A DNA stretch of 64,000 nt from an uncultured Candidatus Saccharibacteria bacterium (GTDB taxonomy: Bacteria > Patescibacteriota > Minisyncoccia > Phycocordibacterales > UBA2100), in NCBI GenBank assembly GCA_964437185.1, contig CAYTFU010000003.1:26409-90408 (forward strand). The letters are read 5' to 3'. The notes beneath the pieces are model-generated. The model was not told the DNA's origin and made no database searches. It saw only the letters and a program-made list of their open reading frames with translations. Numbering within the stretch: position 1 is the stretch's first letter; every line of letters starts with the position of its first letter. Shown here in pieces: positions 17,439-26,153 of the stretch. Both the position numbers and the translations under genes were made by a program.

Positions 17439-18593
17439 TTACGGAAGCGCGGCAGCCGCGCTCGCCATCGTGGCTTGCGGCGTGACGAGGGTGGGCAAAA
17501 AGACAAACGAATCCGCAGCCACAAGCACAGCAAGGATAAACGAGAGCATCACACCCGCGGCAACCGCCTTGCGCGTGTGATGAAGTCGGATTTCCCACTC
17601 CGTGGCAACTCCGAGAGCAATCACAATGAGAATCGCGAGGGTCCAATACAGGTACTGCATCATGCTGCGCGGCGACGCGGCGATGTGCGCCCAAATAGAT
17701 GCGTAGTTGGGCGTGGAACCCGCGACGACCGTGACGGGTGGCGCCACTTTGCTCGGCTTCACCGCTTCGGGTGCGGGTGCAGGAACTTCCTCCGCTGCTG
17801 TCCCAAGTACTTCAACCTCTTTCTCCACTCCCCCCTGCGCGATCACCCGATCTTCGGATGTCTCTGGCGCGGGCTCTTGCTCTGCGACCGGCACAGGCGT
17901 CACCTCTCCCAGGACCGATGGAGCAGAAGTCGCGAGAGCGATTTCGCTTGGGCTTTCAGGTATCGAGACGCCTGCGAGCGCTCGCTGCACGCCCGACGAA
18001 GATGGGGTGCCGAAAACCTGGGCCACAAATGTCGTGCGACGTCCCCGGTAGGTACCTTCCGCGATCGCAATGCCGATTTCTGTAAACTTGGGATTCAAAA
18101 TGTTTTCGCGGTGAGTGGGAGAATTCATCCACGCGCGCTCGACGTCGCTCGATTCAGAAAAGTCGACCGCGAGATTCTCGCCCGCGTAGTCAAACGCATA
18201 CCCTTCCTGTGTAAACCAATGCCACGGATCAATTCCTTCGGGAGAAATGTGCGCGAAATAGCTCTTTGCCGCCATGTCGTTGGCCTTGGCCTGCGCGACT
18301 GCTGTAAGGGCGGGGCTCAATGTAAGCGCGGTGAGGCTGTTTTGCGTACGATCACCATTGGTCAGATCCACAAGGACGGTGGCAAGCACCGACGCGTACT
18401 GCTGAGACGTAATGAAGTAGCGATCGACGGATGACCCGATAAAAATCGAGACGACGAGTGCCGAAACAATCGCCACGCCCGCGCCGCCAAAAAGCTCCGC
18501 TTCTTTACGCCCTTTTTTGCTCCGAGGCAGGAGGGATCGCAACATCGATCGCCGCGCAAGCGCGTTTTTCTTCGGCTCTTTCTTGCGCACCAT
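17439..18593 (-). CDS. Membrane-anchored CAP/SCP/PR-1 domain protein
   Basis: N-terminal basic region and TM; CAP signature ...ERAWMNSPTHRENILNPKFTEIGIAIA...; Pro/Glu-rich linker; C-terminal TM. Confidence 0.65.
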   Translation of the reverse strand: MVRKKEPKKNALARRSMLRSLLPRSKKGRKEAELFGGAGVAIVSALVVSIFIGSSVDRYFITSQQYASVLATVLVDLTNGDRTQNSLTALTLSPALTAVAQAKANDMAAKSYFAHISPEGIDPWHWFTQEGYAFDYAGENLAVDFSESSDVERAWMNSPTHRENILNPKFTEIGIAIAEGTYRGRRTTFVAQVFGTPSSSGVQRALAGVSIPESPSEIALATSAPSVLGEVTPVPVAEQEPAPETSEDRVIAQGGVEKEVEVLGTAAEEVPAPAPEAVKPSKVAPPVTVVAGSTPNYASIWAHIAASPRSMMQYLYWTLAILIVIALGVATEWEIRLHHTRKAVAAGVMLSFILAVLVAADSFVFLPTLVTPQATMASAAAALP

Positions 18594-18621
18594 CCTTTCA
18601 TTGTCTCATGTGAGTGCCAAC

Positions 18622-18656
18622 GCAAAAACCGCCCTCTGTGGAGGGCGGTTTTTTTA
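18622..18656 (-). terminator. Rho-independent terminator (bidirectional hairpin) 3' of the adhesin gene
   Basis: AAAAA-CCGCCCTC-TGTG-GAGGGCGG-TTTTTTT. Confidence 0.7.
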
Positions 18657-18721
18657 CCTCTTTGTTGTCTATGGAGACATGTGGATCCCACTCCTGTGGA
18701 GTTGGGATGCCTGCGCGTTGC

Positions 18722-21700
18722 CTAGGGCAACGGCGGCAATGGAATATTCAAGCTTGAGCACTTGAGCATGTTGATCCAGCGTTTGGTCGTCTTGTAGACG
18801 TAGCCGGTCGTCTCGCCCTGCTTCAAGAGTCCGCGATCAACCCATGGCTTCAAGACGCCGTCGTTCTCACTTGCCTGGAAGTCTCGCACTGCCTTGTCGG
18901 TCATTGGGCCAAAGACGCCGGTGATCGGGAGCGAAATCTTCATCTGCTCATTGAGGAACGTCTGGAGCTTCTTCACTTCCTCCGGATCGTTCTTCGTGCT
19001 GATGCGGAGGTAATCGCGCAGGAACGGAGCGCACGATGCGCCGAGCACCTGACCAGTCGATGTACCGAGCACCTGGCCCGGACCGAAAGTCGGATTACCG
19101 AAGTCGGTTCCCCCACCGCCTGTTGTCCTTGGAGGTGTAGGTGTAGTTACGACCGGCGTGTTTACCTTTATAACTACGCTCCCGTCGTCATTTGCATCGT
19201 TGGTTTCGGCATTCTCGTGAGACGAAACCGCGGTGTTCGTCACTTCAGTACCGGCGGATGCCGTTACCGTAGCGACAATCTGAAGTGATGTCGTTGCGTT
19301 TGCGGCGAGAGATCCGATAGTCCATACGCCGGTCGAAGTAGCGTAATCACCCTCTCCATTGTCGGAAACGTACGTCAAGCCAGAAGGAAGGTTATCAGTT
19401 ACGGAGACTCCCGACGCAGTAGCTGGGCCGCTGTTGGATACGGTGATGGTGAACGTTACATTCTGTCCGTTATCCGGCGTTGCGTCATCTACCTCTTTTG
19501 TCACTGCGATATCCGAACCTGTCGGAATGATCGTGTTGACGAAGGTACAAGTAATGTCATCTCCCGCGATGAGATTGCTAAAGCCCGCAAACGAACCGTC
19601 ATAATTGACCGCCGCATCAGATTCAAGCGGAGAGTCGATCACACACACCAAGCTTGTGAAGTCCCACCCTTGTGCCTGGTTCTCGCTCACGGAACTAGAG
19701 CCATCGATATCGAGAGCTACCGTTTCAGAGCCGGCTCCTCCTTCGGTCGTGATCTCAACATCAGTCTCCATACCTTGCACATTGAACGTGAACGTGCCGT
19801 TTCCACCGACCGTATTCTTCACGATCGTGAGTGTCGGGATGAAAGGGGCACAATCCGCGTCTTCAAGATCCACGCCGCCGCCTTGGCTACCGTCGTCGTT
19901 GTCGTTGTCAATGCCATCGGAGCATTCCGCGAGTGTGTTTTCTGTAAGCGGATTTACGGTGATCGATACGGTTGACTCATTGCTGTCGACAGAGCTGTCG
20001 TTTGCCTTGAAGGTAAACGAATCCGATCCACTGAAGTTGAGATTCGGCGTGTAGGTGAACTGGCCCGTGCCTACGTTGAGGAATGTAATGCTGCCATTTG
20101 AGGGATTGCTCGTGGTGGCAAACGTAAGTGGATCGCCATCTACATCGGTCGCACCGAGGACGCCGGGGACTGCGATGTTTTGATCGGTCGTGATGGATTG
20201 ACCCGTCGAGACAGGCGCGTCGTTCACTGGATTAACGGTAATGGTTACGGTTACCGATCCGCTTAGGCCGCTATTTGTGTCGTTAACGTGATACGTGAAC
20301 GAGTCAGAACCATTGAAGTTTGCGTCTGGCGCGTAATCGAAACTACCGTCGCCGCTTAGTGTAAGAATCCCGTTCGAAACATCGGTATCAAGAACCGCCG
20401 TCATCGTATCCCCGTCGGCATCCGTGTCGTTTCCGAGTACGCCCGGGGCGGCAATCGAAAGTGTCGCATCTTCGTTGACGGAATAGGCATCGGCAACAGC
20501 ATTTGGCGCATCGTTGGTGTTGCTTACGGTCACGTTGACCGTCGCAGTATCAGTGCCACCGTTATCGTCGGATATCGTGTACGTGAAGCTGTCGGAGCCT
20601 ACGTATCCGGCGTTTGGAGTGTATTTTACAGACCCTGCATCAAGAGTAGCGGTGCCGTTTGAAGCCGACCCAACACTCTGCACCGTGAGAGTTTCTGCCG
20701 TATCGGGTGAAATTAAGTCGTTCGCAAGGACATCGATGACGTTGTCGACTGAATCTTCGTTTACGTTTGCCGAGTCATTTACTGCATCGGGATCATCGTT
20801 GACTGGCGTAACGGTGATAGAGAACGATCCACTGTTGCTTCCGATAAGATCGGCTACAGAAAAGGTGAATCCATCTGGACCATTGTAGTTGAGAGCTGGA
20901 GTGTAGCTGAAAGTACCATTCGAGTTGAGCGTGAACGCTGCGGAGTTTGTCGGCCCCGTAACGATCGCGTACGTAAGCACATCGCCCTCCGCATCAATGG
21001 CAGTAACAGCACCCGAAAAGCCGACGTCCTCTGGCGTCGTGCTCGCCTGGTCGCTCACGGGGGTTGGGAATGTATTGAAGTACGTGTTGGTAACGACACA
21101 CGTGACCGTGGTGCCTGATACTACCGTAACGGTACCGCCTGGAGCACAATCGTCACCAAACGATGTCGTGTAGTGTGCGTTCGCTGGCTCACTCACCGTA
21201 TAAGAACCTGCAGTCAGCGTGTACTCAGTACCGGTCTCGGAACCTGCCGCTGGAGATCCTGTGACGTCCACACCGCCCTGCTTCACGCTGATCGGGAACT
21301 GGTCGGCAGTCGCTGTTCCACCTCCCGTGATTACTACATTCTTAATAACAGAAAGCGTCCCTGGAACAACATTAAACTCATCGTCGTCGGTCAATCCTGA
21401 ACAACCAGGATCGGCAGGGTAGTCGATCAGCCCATCGCCATCATTATCAACGCCGTCATCGCATTGATATACAACCTCGACTGTTTGAATAAATGTGGAA
21501 AGCCCACCCTCATTACCTGCCTGATTCGCATGATGGATGCTGACTCGAATGGTGTAACTGCCGGGAGCAGAGTAGGTGTGGGAAGTAGACCATGGAGTAT
21601 CCGCAATAATTCCATTGTTTGAATTGTTTGTGAAGTTTAGATCGGTCTCGTCCATAAATACGACCCAGGCCGAAGGATCGCCCCAGTCGACAGAAATGTA

Positions 21701-21931
21701 CTGCTGATTCGCTGGGCCCGTAAAAGTATTCGCAGAAGCAATGCCACTTGCCGTCACATTGAGACCGTTCAAAGTAAGCGATCCTGATATTACGTAGTTT
21801 GCAGCTGCGTGTGCCGTGTTCGGAGCAAGCGCTACGCCCGCAAACGACATCGATATCATGCTTAGAGTTACGAAAACAGATCCCGCCTTGTCGAGAAAGG
21901 ACCCCTTGTGCGCGAAGACATTAATATTCAT
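18722..21931 (-). CDS. Large secreted adhesin-like protein (1069 aa): prealbumin-like domains, cadherin-like/VCBS repeats, DUF11 repeat, C-terminal peptidoglycan-binding domain
   Basis: Signal peptide; TVTCVVTNT and ITCTFVNT Cys-pair domains; repeated VNDDP/TNDAP/VNDAP modules; VTKEVDDATPDNGQNVTFTITVSNSG...VSVTDNLPSGLTYVS (DUF11); C-terminal KKLQTFLNEQ...GVFGPMTDKAVRDFQ. Confidence 0.7.
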   Translation of the reverse strand: MNINVFAHKGSFLDKAGSVFVTLSMISMSFAGVALAPNTAHAAANYVISGSLTLNGLNVTASGIASANTFTGPANQQYISVDWGDPSAWVVFMDETDLNFTNNSNNGIIADTPWSTSHTYSAPGSYTIRVSIHHANQAGNEGGLSTFIQTVEVVYQCDDGVDNDGDGLIDYPADPGCSGLTDDDEFNVVPGTLSVIKNVVITGGGTATADQFPISVKQGGVDVTGSPAAGSETGTEYTLTAGSYTVSEPANAHYTTSFGDDCAPGGTVTVVSGTTVTCVVTNTYFNTFPTPVSDQASTTPEDVGFSGAVTAIDAEGDVLTYAIVTGPTNSAAFTLNSNGTFSYTPALNYNGPDGFTFSVADLIGSNSGSFSITVTPVNDDPDAVNDSANVNEDSVDNVIDVLANDLISPDTAETLTVQSVGSASNGTATLDAGSVKYTPNAGYVGSDSFTYTISDDNGGTDTATVNVTVSNTNDAPNAVADAYSVNEDATLSIAAPGVLGNDTDADGDTMTAVLDTDVSNGILTLSGDGSFDYAPDANFNGSDSFTYHVNDTNSGLSGSVTVTITVNPVNDAPVSTGQSITTDQNIAVPGVLGATDVDGDPLTFATTSNPSNGSITFLNVGTGQFTYTPNLNFSGSDSFTFKANDSSVDSNESTVSITVNPLTENTLAECSDGIDNDNDDGSQGGGVDLEDADCAPFIPTLTIVKNTVGGNGTFTFNVQGMETDVEITTEGGAGSETVALDIDGSSSVSENQAQGWDFTSLVCVIDSPLESDAAVNYDGSFAGFSNLIAGDDITCTFVNTIIPTGSDIAVTKEVDDATPDNGQNVTFTITVSNSGPATASGVSVTDNLPSGLTYVSDNGEGDYATSTGVWTIGSLAANATTSLQIVATVTASAGTEVTNTAVSSHENAETNDANDDGSVVIKVNTPVVTTPTPPRTTGGGGTDFGNPTFGPGQVLGTSTGQVLGASCAPFLRDYLRISTKNDPEEVKKLQTFLNEQMKISLPITGVFGPMTDKAVRDFQASENDGVLKPWVDRGLLKQGETTGYVYKTTKRWINMLKCSSLNIPLPPLP

Positions 21932-22152
21932 ATTTTGTTAGTAATTAGGTAATAAATTGACCCTAGTAATGACTTCAGGAAAGATCTAAATTTCGGGCGT
22001 ACTTTACACTGTATACGGGAGTTTTGTCAAGACCTCCGCATTAGACGCAATATCACAACACTACCCACGCCTCAAACTTACCACAAGCGCAAAATTGGTG
22101 AAATGGTGTGCGTAAAGTGTGCATAAATATCAAAATCTGTGGATTACACGCA

Positions 22153-22179
22153 TCATGTGGGGTTTCGTAAATCCCACGT
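22153..22179. repeat. REP family 2 palindrome (3' flank of RAYT-2)
   Basis: CATGTGGGGTTTCGTAAATCCCACGTA. Confidence 0.75.
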
Positions 22180-22206
22180 ACCACCAAAATAGCCAAGTAA
22201 CACTTC

Positions 22207-22860
22207 TTACTCGAGCAGGGCGATTTCCATTTTCCAAGAAATATCTTTTATGAAGCGCTGTGTTTTTGATACGACACCACCGTATGCCTCCTCGAATAAT
22301 TCTCTGTTCAGAATCGACGGGAAATTTACCTGTCCCGAATAGTCAGGAAAACTGCTCCAGCGATATGTCCGTAGAAATGCCATGGCCTTTCTTTCACTTG
22401 CGATTCCGCCCTCGCGCCAGCCTTTAGCCCCTTCGAGAAAGTCGAGGGGATTGAGATGAATGTAATGCAGGATGTGCAAAAAATGCGCTTCGCGCTCGAT
22501 CAGTACCTTCTTGGTGCGTCCCTGAAACAGCGCTCCCTCGCGTTCATGAAGTTCGTTGTAATAGTTGGCATACCCAACATTGAGCTTGCGAATAAATTTT
22601 GTTAGTCCTCCGTCCTCTATTTCGGATACGAGTAAATGGTAATGATTTTTCATAAGACACCACCCGTGTAAATCAATCAGCCGCTTTCGCTTCGCCAACG
22701 TGGGGTTTCGTAAATCCCACGTCTTTCGTCTATATGCGTCTGGCGCAGGCCGAATATCATTGAATTCGTATATGTCTCGCACAAAGCGAGCGCAGTGCGC
22801 ATCGTCATCAAAAATTGTTCGCTTATCTACACCCCTATTGAGTACATGATACAGCTCCAC
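22207..22860 (-). CDS. REP-associated tyrosine transposase (RAYT-2; IS200/IS605 TnpA Y1 family) carrying an internal REP-2 copy
   Basis: YHVLNRG, HUH motif WCLMKNHYHLL, YIHLNPLDF; internal palindrome at 22698-22724 encodes ...TWDLRNPTLA... in frame. Confidence 0.75.
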   Translation of the reverse strand: MELYHVLNRGVDKRTIFDDDAHCARFVRDIYEFNDIRPAPDAYRRKTWDLRNPTLAKRKRLIDLHGWCLMKNHYHLLVSEIEDGGLTKFIRKLNVGYANYYNELHEREGALFQGRTKKVLIEREAHFLHILHYIHLNPLDFLEGAKGWREGGIASERKAMAFLRTYRWSSFPDYSGQVNFPSILNRELFEEAYGGVVSKTQRFIKDISWKMEIALLE

Positions 22861-22876
22861 TCCAATAGTGTACTTT

Positions 22877-22907
22877 CAACGTGGGATTTACGAAATCCCA
22901 CGTGGGG
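22877..22907. repeat. REP family 2 perfect hairpin (5' flank of RAYT-2)
   Basis: CAACGTGGGATTTACGAAATCCCACGTGGGG. Confidence 0.8.
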
Positions 22908-22912
22908 AAATG

Positions 22913-24100
22913 TTAGCCGAAAGTAAATGTGTATGCCTGAAGTCCGGGATTTTCAATAAAGATTTCAAGCGTGTGCATGCCGTAGTCAGCGTCTTCAACG
23001 AGTTTGTACAACCCGTTTTTTTGGATGACTACTTCCCCGCTTCCATTCACATCCTCCCCGCGCGCATCACCAAGCGGTTTGCCATCGCGCGTTACTTTGA
23101 TCTTTATAGCGGTCTCCGCACTCGCGACGAAATACACGCTCCTCGCGTTGTAAATATATTTTATATATGCGCCTGCAGTTTTGTTGGTCGCGTATTCGGG
23201 ATGAATATTCCACGTGCCCGAAAGATAAAAAGCATTTTGTTTCAAAGTAGACGGAATCGCGAGCGTCTGTTCGCCCTCGCTCCAGAGAAGCCCGTTGCCA
23301 AAACGATCATTCCGCTCCGCGCCAAAATATGTCTCGGGGCTCTGTACGCGCCGGAGATCGCTCTCCGAAAGTCCGCCCTTCTGACTGATCGGCATATTCG
23401 TGTCGATAGAAAGACCAAGTCGCTCCGCTCGCTCAGCAAGCGCTTTCTGAATCGCGCGCTCTGTCTCGGCGTAGGCCCCCTCTCCCGCGTGATCAAACAC
23501 AATGTACCCGTCGATGTCGATAAGATATTTTCGCGGCCAGTACTGGTTGCCAAACGCGTTCCACGTCTTGTATGCGTTGTCGAGAATGACAGGATACTTG
23601 ATTCCGTCTTCATCTACTGCACTCTGCACGTTTTTGAGTAGCTTTTCGAAGGCAAACTCGGGTGTATGGACGCCGATGATTTCGAGTCCCTTATCCGAAT
23701 ACTTGCTGTACCAATCTTTCAAATACGGCAGCGTACGCTCACAATTGATGCAGCTGTAGGTCCAAATATCTATAAGGACGACTTTCTTTCCCCGAAACTC
23801 ACCGATTGTGATAGGCTCGCCTTTTGTGTTTATGTAGCCGTCGGGTGATACGAGCTCCGGAGAACGCTTAAATTGCCGTGCTTTTTTCGCTGCCTCGGAG
23901 GGTTGTGGCGATGTCGCCGGTACCTGGGTCGGCACGCTTCCTACTTCTATCGGCGCAACGTCCATAGCAAGCGCATCAGCCGTCTCGATCTCAAGGGGAG
24001 CCGCCACGTCTCCCAAGTCTCGAGAATTCAAAAATACGAGCACCGACCCGATACCGAGAGCCACGGCAACGATACTACCTATGATGAATTCGAGTCTCAT
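22913..24100 (-). CDS. Membrane-anchored TlpA/ResA-like thiol:disulfide oxidoreductase with extra C-terminal domain
   Basis: N-terminal TM; redoxin fold with the CINC active site (WTYSCINCERTLPYL...); last gene of the trx-ccdA-tlpA operon. Confidence 0.7.
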   Translation of the reverse strand: MRLEFIIGSIVAVALGIGSVLVFLNSRDLGDVAAPLEIETADALAMDVAPIEVGSVPTQVPATSPQPSEAAKKARQFKRSPELVSPDGYINTKGEPITIGEFRGKKVVLIDIWTYSCINCERTLPYLKDWYSKYSDKGLEIIGVHTPEFAFEKLLKNVQSAVDEDGIKYPVILDNAYKTWNAFGNQYWPRKYLIDIDGYIVFDHAGEGAYAETERAIQKALAERAERLGLSIDTNMPISQKGGLSESDLRRVQSPETYFGAERNDRFGNGLLWSEGEQTLAIPSTLKQNAFYLSGTWNIHPEYATNKTAGAYIKYIYNARSVYFVASAETAIKIKVTRDGKPLGDARGEDVNGSGEVVIQKNGLYKLVEDADYGMHTLEIFIENPGLQAYTFTFG

Positions 24101-24101
24101 A

Positions 24102-24836
24102 CTAATTGACTAATTGTAACAAGTGCTGCTCGATTCTCGTCACATCAAGAAAACCGGTATCAAGTATTTTGATCTGCAGTGCCTTGTCGGCGCCGGTAAT
24201 GATGGCAATGCCGACAAGAATAAAGAGCACGCCGAGCACACGCTTTAAGAGGCCTTTGGAATCTGCAGCGAGACCAAGCTTGTCGACAAGCCTCTGACCG
24301 ATAAGCGCGATCAGCATGAGGACTATGCATAGGCCGAGCACATACACGGTGAGGTACACGACACCGAGCGCGTAGCTCACGGGAAGGACCGTCGCTAGCA
24401 CGAGAAAGTAGGTGGGGCTGCACGCCGAGAATACTGGACCGAGCGCGGCTCCCATAATCACATCTCCGAGAAAACTCTTTCGCTGGTATCCCTGCGCCAA
24501 GAGTTGATTGGATCCCCTATTAAGGCCCGATACGAAGGGGAGATTCTCCCACAGTGCAGGAAATATGAGTATGAGACCAAACGCGAGTATGATACCACCA
24601 GAAAAAGCCTTCCAGAACGATTCGGGAACACCAATGAGCACGGTACTCGCCTTCAGAAGCAGGGTAAACGCGATCAGCGAAATGCCGAGCGATGAGACGA
24701 TCACCAACGCGCGCTTCTTGTCGGCACCCCCATCAATCGAACCGCCAATAATTACGGGGAGAATCGGAAGAACGCATGGAGCGAGGACCGTCAGAATCCC
24801 CGAAACGAATGCGACGAACAGGAAGGAAATCTCCAT
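24102..24836 (-). CDS. ccdA: Cytochrome c-type biogenesis / disulfide reductant transfer protein CcdA (DsbD transmembrane family)
   Basis: 244-aa polytopic membrane protein; the two cysteines in TM regions are typical of CcdA (LAPCVLPILPVI...). Confidence 0.7.
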   Translation of the reverse strand: MEISFLFVAFVSGILTVLAPCVLPILPVIIGGSIDGGADKKRALVIVSSLGISLIAFTLLLKASTVLIGVPESFWKAFSGGIILAFGLILIFPALWENLPFVSGLNRGSNQLLAQGYQRKSFLGDVIMGAALGPVFSACSPTYFLVLATVLPVSYALGVVYLTVYVLGLCIVLMLIALIGQRLVDKLGLAADSKGLLKRVLGVLFILVGIAIITGADKALQIKILDTGFLDVTRIEQHLLQLVN

Positions 24837-24840
24837 GTAG

Positions 24841-25452
24841 TTACTGCACCTCGGCGACGAGTGTAGCGAGCGTAGCAGATCCGCTCCACTTCTTAATCAT
24901 GGTGCCATCTGCCTTTACCTGAACGAATGTGTGTTGGTAGGTCACGCCGTACTTCTTTTTGAGATCGGCAGAGCTGTCGTAATTGACGTCGAGAATGGCA
25001 AGACCTTTGGGTATTGACGCTACCCTTGCTCTAATGTCGGCATCTACAGCTTTACAGGAAGGGCACCACAACGCTCGGAAAAAAAGTACAACATCCCCAG
25101 ACTCAGCTTTTGCGAGCTTCTCAGCGGCATACGCTTCATACGTGCCGGCAAACATCATCGCCTCTGCAGGAGCAGCCTCTTTCTTTTCCATCATTGCGCC
25201 GTCCTTCTTCTCCATCGCTTCAGGCGCTTTCTCCATAGCTGCATCTTTGTTCATGGCGTCTTCAGACATCACCGCGTCATTTTTCTCCATTACTTCCGCT
25301 ACCTCTCCCGATTGTGCACCGCTCGATCTGCCCGAATCTGAAATTACGTAATATCCTCCTCCGAGCACAACGATAGCGCCGAAGATTAGTATGAGAATGC
25401 CGTTCATAGATTTTCTTGAGCTTATAGTTCCTGTATTGTATTTTCTCCCCAA
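24841..25452 (-). CDS. Membrane-anchored thioredoxin-like protein (CPSC active site)
   Basis: N-terminal TM; Met/Ala/Glu-rich linker; thioredoxin fold ...VVLFFRALWCPSCKAVD.... Confidence 0.65.
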   Translation of the reverse strand: MGRKYNTGTISSRKSMNGILILIFGAIVVLGGGYYVISDSGRSSGAQSGEVAEVMEKNDAVMSEDAMNKDAAMEKAPEAMEKKDGAMMEKKEAAPAEAMMFAGTYEAYAAEKLAKAESGDVVLFFRALWCPSCKAVDADIRARVASIPKGLAILDVNYDSSADLKKKYGVTYQHTFVQVKADGTMIKKWSGSATLATLVAEVQ

Positions 25453-25494
25453 CCGATGTCAAGGCGACTTTACATTTACCTGTGGATAATTGGA

Positions 25495-25860
25495 TCAATG
25501 GTACCGGGTGCTGTAGTAGCGCGCTCCCACCTTCGCTATGATCATCGCAAGCAGCGCCCACACGAGCCAGGGGTCGAGCGCGTGCGCAAAGGTCTGCACG
25601 ATGATGCCGAGAAGTAGCACTCCCCCGCCAGCAAAAAAGGCCGCGCGACCAGCTACTTGCCGATGCTCAATATCTCGCTCATCAAGAGCGGATTCGGAAA
25701 GCACGAATACCGAGAAAATACCGGCGACGAACACCGCGGCGCCAAGAATGAGCATGTGCACCATATCTGTCATCCAGAACTTCAACGGATTCACGAGACA
25801 GATCGCGAGCACCGCAAACACGAGCGCGCATATTCCCTGCAATATTAAGTGTTTGTTCAT
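25495..25860 (-). CDS. Small polytopic membrane protein (hypothetical), co-transcribed with the HTH regulator
   Basis: 121 aa with 3-4 predicted TM helices; 4-nt overlap with the upstream HTH gene. Confidence 0.45.
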   Translation of the reverse strand: MNKHLILQGICALVFAVLAICLVNPLKFWMTDMVHMLILGAAVFVAGIFSVFVLSESALDERDIEHRQVAGRAAFFAGGGVLLLGIIVQTFAHALDPWLVWALLAMIIAKVGARYYSTRYH

Positions 25861-26093
25861 AGACTAAAAATATCTTCTACCGATCTTTTAAAGTATCGCG
25901 CGATTTTGAGCGCGAGCATAACCGACGGTGTGTAATTCCCCTTTTCGATCGCAATGATCGTCTGCCGACTGACACCAACACGCGCCGCGAGTTCTTCTTG
26001 CGTAACGCCCGTTGAGGCGCGCAGTTGCTGCACTCGATTTGTTACATATTTCATTACAGCTGTAACGCTACATTCTATGAAGGTACCTGTCAA
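25857..26093 (-). CDS. XRE-family helix-turn-helix transcriptional regulator
   Basis: LRASTGVTQEELAARVGVSRQTIIAIEKGNYTPSVMLALKIARYF: Cro/C1-type HTH. Confidence 0.7.
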   Translation of the reverse strand: MTGTFIECSVTAVMKYVTNRVQQLRASTGVTQEELAARVGVSRQTIIAIEKGNYTPSVMLALKIARYFKRSVEDIFSL

Positions 26094-26153
26094 ACGAACT
26101 TTACATGTGTACTGCAGCGCGAAGGGGCATTATTGCACGATATACTGCTCAGC

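Noticed and set aside
22868-23641. 257-aa + strand ORF
   Set aside because: Fully antisense to the TlpA-like redoxin gene (22913-24100), which has clear thioredoxin-fold motifs. The + ORF has no recognisable features.
26025-26153. Extended N-terminus of the FAD-oxidase ORF as given in the track
   Set aside because: It would overlap the convergent HTH regulator gene by ~70 nt. The internal ATG at 26154 (MNIRED...) gives a conventional start.
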